A DNA stretch of 63,502 bases, filler included, from Rhabdomonas costata (lineage: Eukaryota), in NCBI GenBank assembly GCA_019059605.1. It is 37 parts of 37 records of this genome, joined end to end, with 100 filler letters (N's around TTAATTAATTAA, not from the genome) between each part and the next. Parts side by side here need not be neighbours in the genome. Positions count along the whole stretch, not along the records: positions 1 to 1,621 come from JAHMHO010011852.1; positions 1,722 to 3,341 come from JAHMHO010011853.1; positions 3,442 to 5,060 come from JAHMHO010011854.1; positions 5,161 to 6,780 come from JAHMHO010011855.1; positions 6,881 to 8,500 come from JAHMHO010011856.1; positions 8,601 to 10,220 come from JAHMHO010011857.1; positions 10,321 to 11,940 come from JAHMHO010011858.1; 30 more parts are not named here. The stretch is one strand, 5' to 3'. Positions 1 to 11,748 of this stretch are shown piece after piece; the first letter of the stretch is position 1; each line of letters starts with the position of its first letter. A model generated the notes under the pieces. The model was given only the letters and a program-made list of their open reading frames with translations, was not told the DNA's origin and searched no databases. Made by a program: the position numbers and the translations under genes.

Positions 1-328
1 GTGTTGGGTGTGGTTGGGTTGTTTGGTTAGGTAGTCCGGCTGAAGGAAGGGCGCACTGTGGGCATAAGGCTTTTCTTCTTGTCGATTCTTCCTGCATGCG
101 CATGGCCACTTTTGGGATTTTCATGTGATTGCAGTGACGGCAAGGGTCTCCTTCCAGAAGGCACAAACCGGGCAATGGCTCTTGTAGGAGAATAAAGATG
201 TACAAAGATCGGCGTGTTGACCTCTCTCAACTGAAATCTCTCCCAAGGTTCGCCGCCGATGAAACTCGGCTCGTGTTTGCACGCCAAATTCTGTGGGGAC
301 GGGGGGGGGTATGACGTGCAACCCGCAG

Positions 329-1556
329 AGTGAAAACTACATTATCCGGGACTTCGGGCGGGCTATTCTGCATGGCCTCCCGAACAACTCCATGCTGCTC
401 ACCAGAGGTGTGCTTCGCCGTCCTCTCACCCCAGGCTCATGAAAGTCTTTTCAGCTCCCCAGCGTGCGTCATGTACTGACGTTCACTGTCAGTCTTCAGT
501 CTTCGTCGGTCCCCCGAACGCTATTCATGGTGCACGACATTTTTTTAGCCAAGCCTACTAACGCCACTGAGCTGGAAACCCACTCGATCTTGGCGGTTTA
601 TCAGGTGATCTGATGTCCAACTCGGCGCGGTATGTGCAGTCGTTGGAGGGCTTTCGGACGGACGTGTGGATCATGGACCAAGAGCTGGTGACCTATCCTT
701 GGTGTGCCCTTGGCTTTCCCTTCGACCGTCATCGTTGGACTTTCTTCATTCTTTTGCTGGGGCTTCCGGTTTGTCATACTCTTTTTCTCTCAGACAGTCA
801 CGTTTCACGGATGCAGCCATTTTTTGGTTTGGTGCCGGCAACCTTGCGACGGTTGTGCTCTGGTGTGGGTTGGGTGAAGCCAAGCCACCCAATGAAGAAA
901 TCTCACAGCTGCTTTGGGAGATGTCATACGTATCACAAGGTTCTTCAGGCTGCTTAGCTGTTGTTTGGGTTCTGTTGCTTAGGTACGTTCGAAGCTTGAA
1001 GCACAACTACCCTGGATTGAAATTTCCCAGGTGCTCCCCTCCCTCCCTCCGATACCCACATGACTTGTGTTGGGAAGTGGCCAACAACCAGGCCTGACTG
1101 TCAGGTGATTGTTTGCGCCACAAGCTGGTAGAGACTTGCATGCTGGCCTGCTGGCCTGCTGACACAATGGACACAAAGGGCAGTCAGAGGACGCAGCCCA
1201 TGCACCAGCCCATGCACCAGCCCATGCACAAAACACAAACGCACACCCCCTGATGACTTCCTCACTTCACGGGTTAGCTTCTCGTTGCTGTTGGACCGCC
1301 AATCAAGCCAGAGGGTCAGCTTCCACTATCGGTCCTTGGAGTCCCGAAAACTTCTCTGGTTTCATTTGTTTCTTCTTCTGTCGTGTATTTTGTGTGTCGG
1401 GCGCAATAGGGGGAAGGACCACCATCACCCTGGCCACCCCACGGGGTTCACCCTCCGGGAATTCCTAGGCCTCAACCTGCCCGCCCACCCGGTGTTTCTC
1501 ATTGGAGGATGGAGGGAGGGTGACCCGTGGAGACAGACGTACACAACCCGCCCCTG
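329..1556 (+). CDS. TMEM260: TMEM260/DUF2723-family protein O-mannosyltransferase, internal fragment (4 exons)
   Basis: Phase-consistent GT-AG exons 329-407, 605-701, 983-1030 and 1410-1556 join to ...LPNNSMLLTRGDLMSNSARYVQSLEGFRTDVWIMDQELVTYPWYVRSLKHNYPGLKFP...FTLREFLGLN...GDPWRQTYTTRPW. This matches the TMEM260 luminal region (GDLxxNSxRY, DQExxTYxWY). Confidence 0.85.
1196..1229 (+). repeat. Intronic 12-bp tandem repeat (GCCCATGCACCA, about 3 copies)
   Basis: Read directly from the sequence. Confidence 0.85.
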
Positions 1557-1621
1557 GTAATGTCTGCCTCCCGTGCTTTTTCTTTTGAATGCATAGTGCA
1601 GATCACCACTGCCCTCCACCC

Positions 1622-1721
1622 NNNNNNNNNNNNNNNNNNNNNNNNNNNNNNNNNNNNNNNNNNNNTTAATTAATTAANNNNNNNNNNNNNNNNNNNNNNN
1701 NNNNNNNNNNNNNNNNNNNNN
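1622..1721. other. Artificial contig spacer (N44-TTAATTAATTAA-N44); first of 36, one about every 1.72 kb
   Basis: An identical 100-nt spacer with stops in all six frames recurs through 61785-61884. The intervening contigs are all about 1617-1622 nt. Confidence 0.99.
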
Positions 1722-3673
1722 GGGGTGGGGGCTGTGAAAAAGGAAACACCCACACACTCCCTCACTTGATTATTGCCCAAGCACAACTGAATGTATGCAG
1801 CGCGGCGAAGGAGTGAAAAATTTCCCCGTAAGGTCAACTGTATGTTGGGTATTATCCGGTTGAAGTGCGTAAATCTTCATCAGACCCGAGACCCGAAAAA
1901 AGGGGGGAAAGGGGGAGGGATGCAAGCCATTATGAGCGAGCGAGTCAGTGAGTCAGTGATGAGTGGTTGGGTGGGTAAGTAGTGTTTGTGTACAACACCG
2001 CAGACACCAGTCTCACTAGAATAATAGCAATCTCCACTCTTAACGTCCTCAAACAGGAAGGATCATCATCGGTGCGGGGGTCGATACACAACAATTCTAC
2101 AAATGCTACCGATTTCTTCCCACCAGAGGCAAAGAAAATTAGCCCACGCTGCAACCAACGCAAAACGCACATGGGTTAATTACCTTCCCCTAGGAATATT
2201 CAAATTGGGCAAAATTACACACGCGGGCATGCACAATCCACACCAAGGGAATCCTTCAACGAGAGTTCACAAACCCAATGTTGCACATTCTTTGGTGCCC
2301 CGTAAGGAATCCGCTGACAAGGGCAGCGCGCAATAAATGGCACAGCAAGCACGCTCTTTCATTTTGCAGCTCTCAAACGCGAGCTGATGGCATATCAGAG
2401 GGCACCTTGTATCGGGGTGCCAGGGAGGGTGCCCAGGAGGCTGCCCCCGAAGGACGGCGACGCGGCGGGCCCCACTGTTGCGGACCCAAGCCCGGGCGTC
2501 AAATACCCTCCCCCCAAGGACGCCACAGAAAGTGCCGGCACGGCAGGGGACACACTCCTGCGTGGTGCACCAGCACACACACACACACACAAGTTGAACC
2601 TGAAGGGGATGAGTTCCAAAACAAAAAGGCTCAGGCTTCGCCACAAACGTAGAGCTCACAACAAAAAGCCATTTGTGTGCATGAGCATCCACGATCACGT
2701 TCTCTTCCTGTCAGAGAGCAGCCACGAAACGTGTGACTCCGAACGCGCCTCGCTCTTCCAAAAGCAAAAGTGGGTGCTAAATACAATGAACGGAAGTCGG
2801 GCGAAAGAAAAGCACGTGAAACGCATCCCATTCGCCCTCGCACTCGCGCGACCTGCCTAACACGTAGGACGTGGATGCCCCCTCAAAGGGGGATCCAGTG
2901 GGCAGAGCAGGAACACCCGGGATGACTTGGGGGGCCCCCTGGGAGGGAGCGGAGAAGGGCGCACCGATGCACTGCGGCAGGTCATACGGGCGGCTGAGGA
3001 GAAGCACAGCACCTCATCCTTCCCTTAACCACAAAGCACTCCGGTGATGAATAACTGTAGTTTTTAGACCATGCTCAACACCTTCCTCACTGCGCGTGCA
3101 GCTCACTTCATATTTCTTCTGCACACGTCCTTCCTCCCGCCGAAACATGTGACCGAATTGCTAACGATGAACGCGGGACCCCTTGACTGTCCTGCTGTGA
3201 AGCTGTGAACGGAAACAAAAAAAGGAAACAAAAATTCAATGCGGACCGAAGCATTTTCCGACTGCCGCAATTTTCACCATCCTGAATTCGGGCATGTATC
3301 GGGAAGAGATGGTGCGAAATCTTTTCCGCAATCATTTCCGCNNNNNNNNNNNNNNNNNNNNNNNNNNNNNNNNNNNNNNNNNNNNTTAATTAATTAANNN
3401 NNNNNNNNNNNNNNNNNNNNNNNNNNNNNNNNNNNNNNNNNGTTTGTGGGGGAAAGGGCAGGCCTCAAACCATTAAGAAACGGTCGAAACATGAAAAACT
3501 GCTCTTTCGGAAAAATAACACCAACCTAACCCCCGGGCTCGAAAAAAAACGGCGTGAAACGTTACGCACAGTAAAATGTTTTGCACCGTTGAATATCCAA
3601 AAAAAAAACTCGCAAGATCCCCCCCATAACCCCATAACACCCCATAACCCTGACGTTAGCTGATACGGTGCCT

Positions 3674-4159
3674 TCAGCAACAGCAGCTCGGGAGCTTGCT
3701 TTGGGAAAAAAAACACTCGAAGAAGTCGAAACCCCCGTTGTCCCGCCCGTTGAAAAACTGAAACCGGCGCTGATCCGCAGGACCTGGATTCAAGGTAAAA
3801 GGGACGTACACCCCACTCAAAACATCACAGACGTAGTACTTCGTGAGGTCGGAGATCGGGCTCTGAGCGATCAGCGCCAGCATGTCATTGCTCTGGCTCA
3901 CTTGGCAGTAGTTGGTGCACTCGCTGACGGAGCAGCTGCCATCGCAGTGGTTTTCCCAACCGTCGCCGCAGGCTTCGGTGTGGCTGGCACTGCACTGGTC
4001 AAAAGGGCTGCGGCAGCAGGGACTTTCAGGCACCTGGTATGGGAGGAGGTAGCAGCTCCCATCGACTTCGCTGTAGCCTTGGGCGCACCCACCTTGGGGT
4101 GGTACCGCCGACCAACCCATCGAAAACCACACGACCAGAAGAAACAACCGCATTGACAT
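3674..4159 (-). CDS. Small secreted Cys-rich protein (161 aa), possibly a divergent C-type-lectin-like fold; single exon
   Basis: Signal peptide MSMRLFLLVVWFSMGWSA. CAQGYSEVDGSCYLL resembles the CxxGWxxxxxSCY start of C-type lectins. 15 Cys. A pyrimidine-rich tract plus CAG lies 5 nt upstream of the ATG, like a trans-splice acceptor. Confidence 0.7.
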   Translation of the reverse strand: MSMRLFLLVVWFSMGWSAVPPQGGCAQGYSEVDGSCYLLPYQVPESPCCRSPFDQCSASHTEACGDGWENHCDGSCSVSECTNYCQVSQSNDMLALIAQSPISDLTKYYVCDVLSGVYVPFTLNPGPADQRRFQFFNGRDNGGFDFFECFFSQSKLPSCCC

Positions 4160-5298
4160 CTTAGCTGGAGACAAAAGAATCTGCCAAACGACGAAAATAA
4201 ACAGGTACAGTGGGGGAAAATCGCGGCAAACTGCGGAGCGGATCATCCCTTCGAAATTGGTGGACGGAATCTTGAACGCTCCAGCTTTACTCGCACTGAA
4301 TGGGCTTTCAGACAGGTTTCCTCAGTAAAAAGACACACAGTGGCAGCAGCGATGATGTGACGACTGGGACTAAGGCTCCTGCACAGCACAAACGTGGATT
4401 GCACCCAGAAATCGAGAATTTTGTCCGTAAGGTTTCAAACTGACTTTTTGGCCACTAGGCTTTCTCAGCATTGTGTCTCTTCAGGAATGCGCACGATTAC
4501 AAATTTTCGTTGTGTGTAGCCTGTTAATGCAGGGCTTGTGAACAAATATGATGCTATGGAAGGGGCAGTAATGTAACCAATACAGAGATCTTTCATCGGA
4601 GAAACACATTTTTCTGTTCTTCGGTGAACTTCAAGTCGATGCGTAATTCAAATGGTGGGCATGGGCAGACTTTCAGAAGTTACTCCACTTTCCATCCATC
4701 CCATTAACGTCAAAGGCGTAGGCAGGCGGGCTCTCCCACGTGCCTGGAACGGCACCACACAGAGGGTACAGCCTTTCTTTCCAGCCAAATGATCCCTCTT
4801 GCAGGCACGCATTCCCAAGAAACGCAACCCAGAGACCGACAATCTTCGACCTCCATCACCACGCCCTACGCCACCTGGCGTGAATAAATGTGAAATTTTC
4901 GTTCCCTCAGAATACATCGCCATAGAAAACTCGTCCCTTCAATACATTCCTGTCATCCTTCTCTCTTTTGTTTTGACCAGAGATGAAGACATTCGCGCCA
5001 CAGCCCACGGGCCTTCCAACTGCTTCATCCTGCAACAAAAGGTCACGCCGAAAACGACAANNNNNNNNNNNNNNNNNNNNNNNNNNNNNNNNNNNNNNNN
5101 NNNNTTAATTAATTAANNNNNNNNNNNNNNNNNNNNNNNNNNNNNNNNNNNNNNNNNNNNTCGTCCCCCCCCCCCTCTTCACACGGACCGTGCTGTTCCG
5201 TTTCTCGGATGTTCCGCAGTTGCAGCGACCTGCTCTTGCCATTTTTTTTGTGACTGCTTACAGTGTGAGTGGATGCTTCTTTGCGTGTGGGGCTGTAG

Positions 5299-5935
5299 TT
5301 ACGTTACACCGGATTGGCCGCACGGGCCGCGCCGGCCGGGAGGGCCTTGCCATCGCCATGGTGGACCCCAAAAGGGACGTCAGCATGTTGCCCCAGCTGG
5401 TGCAGTGCCTCAAGGACGCAGGGCAGGTGCTTGGCGGTGTCACGCGCAGACTTTGCTGATGTAGGGGGACCTTGATTTATTTATGTAGATGGTGGGGTTT
5501 TCGGTGGGGGAAGGGGGCTTTTGCACCGCCCCCCCCCCGTCCTTAACGCTTCATGTATCCATTTGTTTTGTTAACTTCAGCATCAAATTTGCAAACACAG
5601 CGCTGCTGGTGGGGCCGAACAAGGCGAGGAAATCCGGAAAGTCTAAGTACAAGCTGAGTTTGAACACCGAGAAAGGGATGGAAAAGGAAAACAAAGAGTT
5701 CCTTCCCGAGCCCCTCACAGGAACGGCAGGTATGCCTCGATCTCTCTTTCTCCTGGCTTTGCTTATTAACGCTACACAGGAGGCCCCAGAGGAGCTGCTG
5801 GGCCTCATGCCCACCTCGCGCAAGACGAAGCGCCTGGAGGGCACGGAGCTGGTGCGTAAGAGGCCTCGACCGTTGGGGGCGACCCAGGCCCCCGGTACCT
5901 GTACTGCCGTGGACAGCAGTGACGAGGAGCTGTAG
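5299..5935 (+). CDS. DEAD-box RNA helicase, C-terminal fragment (exons 5299-5426, 5780-5935)
   Basis: Motif VI HRIGRTGRAGREGLAIAMV followed by LPQLVQCLKDAGQ|EAPEELL. GT-AG intron, stop at 5933-5935. Confidence 0.9.
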
Positions 5936-7282
5936 TGCTATTCCGTTCCTGCAAACGCAAGAAATCTGGGGTTGTTGATAGGTTTGAAAGGATAGGAAGT
6001 GTTTCGTAAACCGTAGCTTTAGGGAAATACTGCTTGGACAGAGCGTGGGTGGCATCTCCAGGCTTAAGTCCCCAAAGGACCCACGCAAATACCGAGTCCC
6101 CTTGAAGCCATGTGCTCAGCTCTGTGCCTGCAGCCGTAATTGTTGACCAAATTGAATGCACATACATTGGAAACCAGTACATCAATACGTCTATCTCGAG
6201 AGTTACCTTCCCTCCACCAACTGGACTCCCACGATCACACCCTTCGCGTGACAAGGTCAAAAGTAAGAACTGAAGCAAATCATAAAAGGAAAGCACAGCC
6301 ATAGCAGCCTATTCAATGGTTAAACTCAACCGTCAGTGTTTTTGCTTTCTTTGCCCTGGAATTCCGAGATGTGTTTCTAAAATATAAACCCGATTCTCGT
6401 TCTTTGGGGGATGCCACACGCATGGAATCACCGCTGCTCCATCACGGGCACACAGGAAATTTTAAGGGGCATACCTTCAGCAGTGAACCTTTTTCTGGGG
6501 AACATGTGCATCGCCCTATAACCCCTGCGAGATCAAATATCTTGTTCTGGGGGACACGTACATTTCCAGACCCCCCACCGGGCCGCGGAGCGCAGCGAAG
6601 CAAAAGCATCCATTAGTGGGGACACTAACCCATGCATAACAGCCGGCACTCTAAGATGGCGACTCCGGTGTGTACACTCCAGCCCAGGCTTGCCCCTGTA
6701 TACACTGGCCTTCCGCTCGGAGCCACATTTCGAGCGCTTAGAGGGGGGCTCTCGGAGAACCCCATAACCGGTCAGCCAATNNNNNNNNNNNNNNNNNNNN
6801 NNNNNNNNNNNNNNNNNNNNNNNNTTAATTAATTAANNNNNNNNNNNNNNNNNNNNNNNNNNNNNNNNNNNNNNNNNNNNCTTTTTGAATGGCACGGGCA
6901 GTATTTTCGGTTATCAGCCACAGGGAACCGATTTGTTACATCGGAGCTGAGTGGAAAGTGGTTATGTTTTTTGTCATTGCTCCTAGAGGAACTGCTGGAA
7001 GTTAGGGTGTTTCATACCCTCATTTGAAGTTGTGCAGACGGCAGCTCTCCTGAAGGGCGGTGGTGCTTTTAATAGGACTAGCCACTTCTCCCAAAGTTCG
7101 AGCATAATGGTCACAAGGAGTACTGTGAAAGGTTGACATTGGAGCTCGTCCTGATCCGTCGAAGGTGGACACACCTCCCTTCATATTTGTGGTACATTCA
7201 ACCAAAACCTAAACACGCCTTAAGATTGACGTTTTTACGGCAAACCAGTGAGAATAAGCAGCTCCCATTTCCCTGTCCTCAG

Positions 7283-8133
7283 GTTCTTCATCGCGGTGCT
7301 GCAGGGCGTAATTATCGACACACTGAAGCGCAAGAAGGAAGAGGTGCAGGTATTTCCAGTTTGAGATCCGCCCTTTCTTGCGTGTGCATTTCTGAAAGGG
7401 TGCTCATCTTTTCCCTACCGCAATCGCGTTCTCAGGGCATCCACCTTCTCACGGAACAGCAGAAAGAATGGCTGCAGTGGCTATCGTTGATTGTGACAGC
7501 CCGGCCCAAGGTGCACCCCCCAAGATACAGCACCGGCTTGCGAAGTCTCTGCCAAAGAATCGCGCAGAGCTCTGCCTTCCACGGGGTGATGTACGCCGTG
7601 GTGGCCGTCAACACGTTGATCCTGGCCACGAACCATGCCCACCCCTCGGAGGCCTTTGTGCTGTTCCAGGATGTTGCCGAGGTGGTCTTCACGGCGATCT
7701 ACGTGGCGGAGCTGGCGGTACTGCTGTGCGGGCTTGGGGCCAGGACCTACCTCAGCGACAACTGGAATGTGCTTTGCCTGTTGATTGTGGTGTTCGCTGT
7801 GGCTTTTGTGGGGCTGAAGGGTCTGCACCACGGGGTGGACCCTACCCTTGGGGCGGAGGTGTTCACCCCGATCCGGCTGCTGCGGATGATGCGGCTGCTG
7901 CAGCTCTTTCCGGGGGTGCGGGCGATGATCCGCACCCTGGCACACACCCTATCGCAGCTGGTGAACGTGATCTTTCTGATGTTTCTGTGCTGCTACACTC
8001 TTGCTGTGGTGGGAATGTTCTTCTTTGCGAAGATCGACGTCCCAGACAGCTTGGACCTCAACGACCATGTGAACTTTCAAGACTTCCCGACGGCTCTGGT
8101 GGAGACGTACGTGCTGTCCACGGGAGAAAACTG
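7283..8133 (+). CDS. Four-domain voltage-gated Ca2+(/Na+) channel: DIII-S6, III-IV linker and DIV (exons 7283-7349, 7436-8133)
   Basis: LQGVIIDTL (S6 end), LLTEQQKEW linker, hydrophobic S1-S3 with YLSDNWN, S4 IRLLRMMRLL, and pore loop NFQDFPTAL...STGENW. Confidence 0.9.
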
Positions 8134-8877
8134 GTGCTTCCCATCCCTTGAAAATGAATCTAAAAGTACCCACAAGGCATTCGAATCTATTTTGAAGTGT
8201 GTGGCTGAGATCCCGATCGTGATGCTGCAAAAAACGCCGCTGAGCGCGACCTGCCTCAAGTTCCACCAGCATTAGTAGTATGTATTCCCTGGTGGTCGCT
8301 CTATCCAAAGTGCGCTGCGCACAATGGGTCAAAAGAAAGACTACCTACCCCGAAATCCCACCTGACTTGAGCGGGCAAACAAATCCGATAAATTCAGCCT
8401 GCGGGTTCGCTTTCTTGCCTCATTGCGTTCATGCTTTTTTGAGTTTGTGAGTTCTCTCCTCCTTCATCATTAAATGAGACTTATCCTCATCCCCCCACAA
8501 NNNNNNNNNNNNNNNNNNNNNNNNNNNNNNNNNNNNNNNNNNNNTTAATTAATTAANNNNNNNNNNNNNNNNNNNNNNNNNNNNNNNNNNNNNNNNNNNN
8601 GTTTTTTTGGGTTTCAGCTCATTCGTGTGTTTCTTTTGCCGTTCAATTGATGAAAAGTCTTTGTTAATGGCTTCTGTTTTGATGATCAAAAGCCTGAAAA
8701 TTCAGTTCTCCTGTGTAAGCCTGTCCTTTCGAGACAAAGTAAGAAGGGAGCAGCTTGAATTATATCTCGGATGCAGGCGCACGGTTTGCCGATCGATCTT
8801 GGGAACGTTTGGACTATTGGGTATTTGCACACTTGTCTACCCGTGATATAGCTTGGCCCCCCGTTCGTGTTTTTCAG

Positions 8878-9822
8878 CCAATGGAACCTGCGGGAACAGC
8901 ACGGTGAGCTGCGGAGCAGGGTACGCCTCCAGACCCGGCACCACAGTGTGCTCGGACGTCAACTGCACCCAAGCGGAGTGCTGTGAGGGTGTGTTCGCGT
9001 GAGCTCGGGCCTTTAATTTTGGTGTGGCTCAGGCACTGTTGCCCTTTCCCCCTTTCGTGGCTTTTGTTTTCGGTCTGCTTCGCTCGTGCGGTGGAATCCC
9101 CCTTCGCCACTGCCCCAAAATGGCCCTTAAATGGCCTCTAGCGTGGCTCTAAACCGAAGCATTCCGGCCCACTCCGGTGCCAGCATGCAGTAATCCTGGG
9201 CTCTACCCTAGATATGCTAAGCAGGCCCGGCCGAAAGCTTAGGCTCAGTATGCAGGCCTGCAAAGGGCCAAAAACGGCCAACGCGGGAATTAAAGTCTGC
9301 CGCTTTTTTGGATCGTGGTTTATCACGATGGATGGTTTTGCAGATCAGTGGAGTGGTTATATGGATTTTAAGCGTTGTTTCGTAGTATTTGGGGGCTGAG
9401 TTAGATTTGGCATCGCCGAAGCTACACACTGGCTTTCGTTTTTCCTGCTTGCTAGCAAAAGCGTTGGCTCTGATTTTGGTTCAACAAAGAGAGTCGGCGG
9501 CCAGCAGTGTTCTCTGAGAGCGAGTGGCATGCGAGGCAGGCGACCGGAATTCACGCAAAGTTTATTAAGAAATGCTCAAGTAAGATGACGCAAGAAAAGA
9601 GCCTGAGAAGGGGCGAAAGGTGGGGTTTGACATAGGGGTCTTCGGAGAATCCCCCCCCCTGTCTGCTCAAAGTGCGGTGTGCGGTGCGTGGTTACCCCTT
9701 TTGTGTCGCAGCTTTCGGAACCTGCGGTAACAGCTCCGTGAGCTGTGGTTCTGGGTACTCCTCCAAGCCCGGCAGTACAACGTGCTCGGGCGTCAATTGC
9801 ACCCAGGCGGACTGCTGTCAGG
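8878..9822 (+). CDS. Cys-rich repeat extracellular protein; two 111-nt phase-1 exons (8878-8988, 9712-9822), each one 6-Cys module
   Basis: NGTCGNSTVSCGAGYASRPGTTVCSDVNCTQAECCE and FGTCGNSSVSCGSGYSSKPGSTTCSGVNCTQADCCQ, both flanked by CAG and GT, with N-glycosylation sequons. Confidence 0.85.
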
Positions 9823-11046
9823 GTCTGTGTGTGTGTGCTTTCCTCTTTCCACCGATACAAAAAAAATGCCATACGCACCCGATTATTCGGGAAGCGGTAG
9901 GGGCGTCCTTGAAGGCTACAATTTGAAAGAGTCACTTCTGAAAGCACTCGCTCAAAACAGCTGCGCTGCCTGATGGTTTATCTTACGAACTGTATTGGAT
10001 ACGGAACCGTTATGGAAAAAATAGGAACAGTTGACATAACACCCGACACCAGAGGGGTATTGTTTAACAGATAAGGAGGCGCAAGTTTCGTCATGGGGTA
10101 GCTAACCAGGAAAATGCAAGCACTCCAGCACAAGCTGGACACCATCACGCTAAAAGGTACGCGTAAATGTACCCTCCACGTTGCTAGTGGGTGTGACCTG
10201 ATCACGATACAATACGTGCTNNNNNNNNNNNNNNNNNNNNNNNNNNNNNNNNNNNNNNNNNNNNTTAATTAATTAANNNNNNNNNNNNNNNNNNNNNNNN
10301 NNNNNNNNNNNNNNNNNNNNGTTTTGGGACGAGCGGGGAAAGTTCCCTCTGGTTTCCCTTTTATTTTTGTCATTCCCAATTTTTTTTTGCGATCTGGTAT
10401 ATTTCTAAATGAAGGCGACGCTTGTCCACTGGTAAGAAAAAAAAGCAAAGATAAGAGAGGACTGTCAGGAAATTCTGAGGATGATGACGAGGTCTTAATT
10501 GTTCGAAACCATTAATACTTAAATACTTTAATACTTTCATGCAGCTTTTTTTTACACAAAAAACCCGAACTCCAGTTTCCAATCAGGATAGGGCATGCTG
10601 AAAAGCAAGGTGGTGATGTGCTGACCATTGGAAACACCCACTTCCACTGGAAACTCTACATTCTGCGTTTCGGGATGCAACTTTTCTTATCATTCCATCA
10701 ACAATAGCCGACGGGAGACGAGAAAAGACAAGAAAAAGGATCTTAATTGCTGTGCCTGTGACCTCAAAACGCGGTACTGCCGTCATTCATAGAGTTCCAA
10801 CGTCTGACTTTCCGTTACGGCAGTTTAAAAACCCACAGACGTGATGCAGACATCAAAAGCTTCGCTGCTTCGTTAGTTAGCGGTTTGATCAATCTGGTTA
10901 CCACGGCTGAACAGAAATTTCCAGTGGCAAAACAACTCCACAGCCCACTGTAGTTGCCCTGCCCAACAATGCAACCAAAATAAACAGCGAAAGCCAACAT
11001 CAATTGGGAACAGTACGGTCGCGCGGCAAAGGGGTGAAAGCGCAGT

Positions 11047-11748
11047 TTACTCCTCCGCCCCTCCTTCCGCCTTGATGGCTCGGGTGTAGATCAAGGTGGA
11101 CGGGTGCCCATTGACGCGCTTGATCAGGCCTTCCTTGTGCAGCACCCGCAGGGCCTCCCGGGCAAGGCTGCCCGTCACCTTGAGCCGGTCAGAGATGACA
11201 GAGACAGTGATCACCTTGTATTTCGGGACTTCGGCGTAAAGCTTCTCCTCTGCGTTGACAAGAGACTACAGCAGTGCACCGGATCTGGGCAAAGAGAGAA
11301 CTATGTTGCAGCTTCCCTGTTTTTGTCTCGCCCCTGGACTCCAAACTTGACTTCAGCGCCAAAGCAAAATTAAAAGCAGTCAGTGAAAAAAAAAGCACAA
11401 GCAAAATACGGCAAGCAAAAAAAACGCAGGAACAAAGGTTCCACCTGCACAAACCTGCACTCACCATAAGATAAGAGACGCGGATGGGCAGAGGGGCAGC
11501 TAATTTTTGACAACTGACTGTGTGTTGGGTGCAATGTGGGGTACGTCTATCACCGCGTTAGGCAGTGCCAGGAAATGAAAGTCACATATAACAAAAATTT
11601 CAGGCTCCATACTTGTGGATTTGTCCCACATGACCAGGTTGTTCAGCTTTTCGCGAACCTTGCCCTTCGACCACTTCTTCTTCTTGGCTTTGCCGCCACC
11701 TCCGCTGGACTTCGGCTTTTTCTCTGACTTGCCACCTTTCGCAGCACC
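11047..11748 (-). CDS. RPS25: 40S ribosomal protein S25 (exons 11748-11613, 11249-11047; first exon absent)
   Basis: [63 protein letters not shown]...LIYTRA, joined by a GTATGG...CAG intron. Confidence 0.97.

Noticed and set aside
2387..3010. GC-rich Pro/Gly/Ser-rich blocks on the minus strand as exons
   Set aside because: Possibly coding, but frame and boundaries are ambiguous and no family is recognisable.
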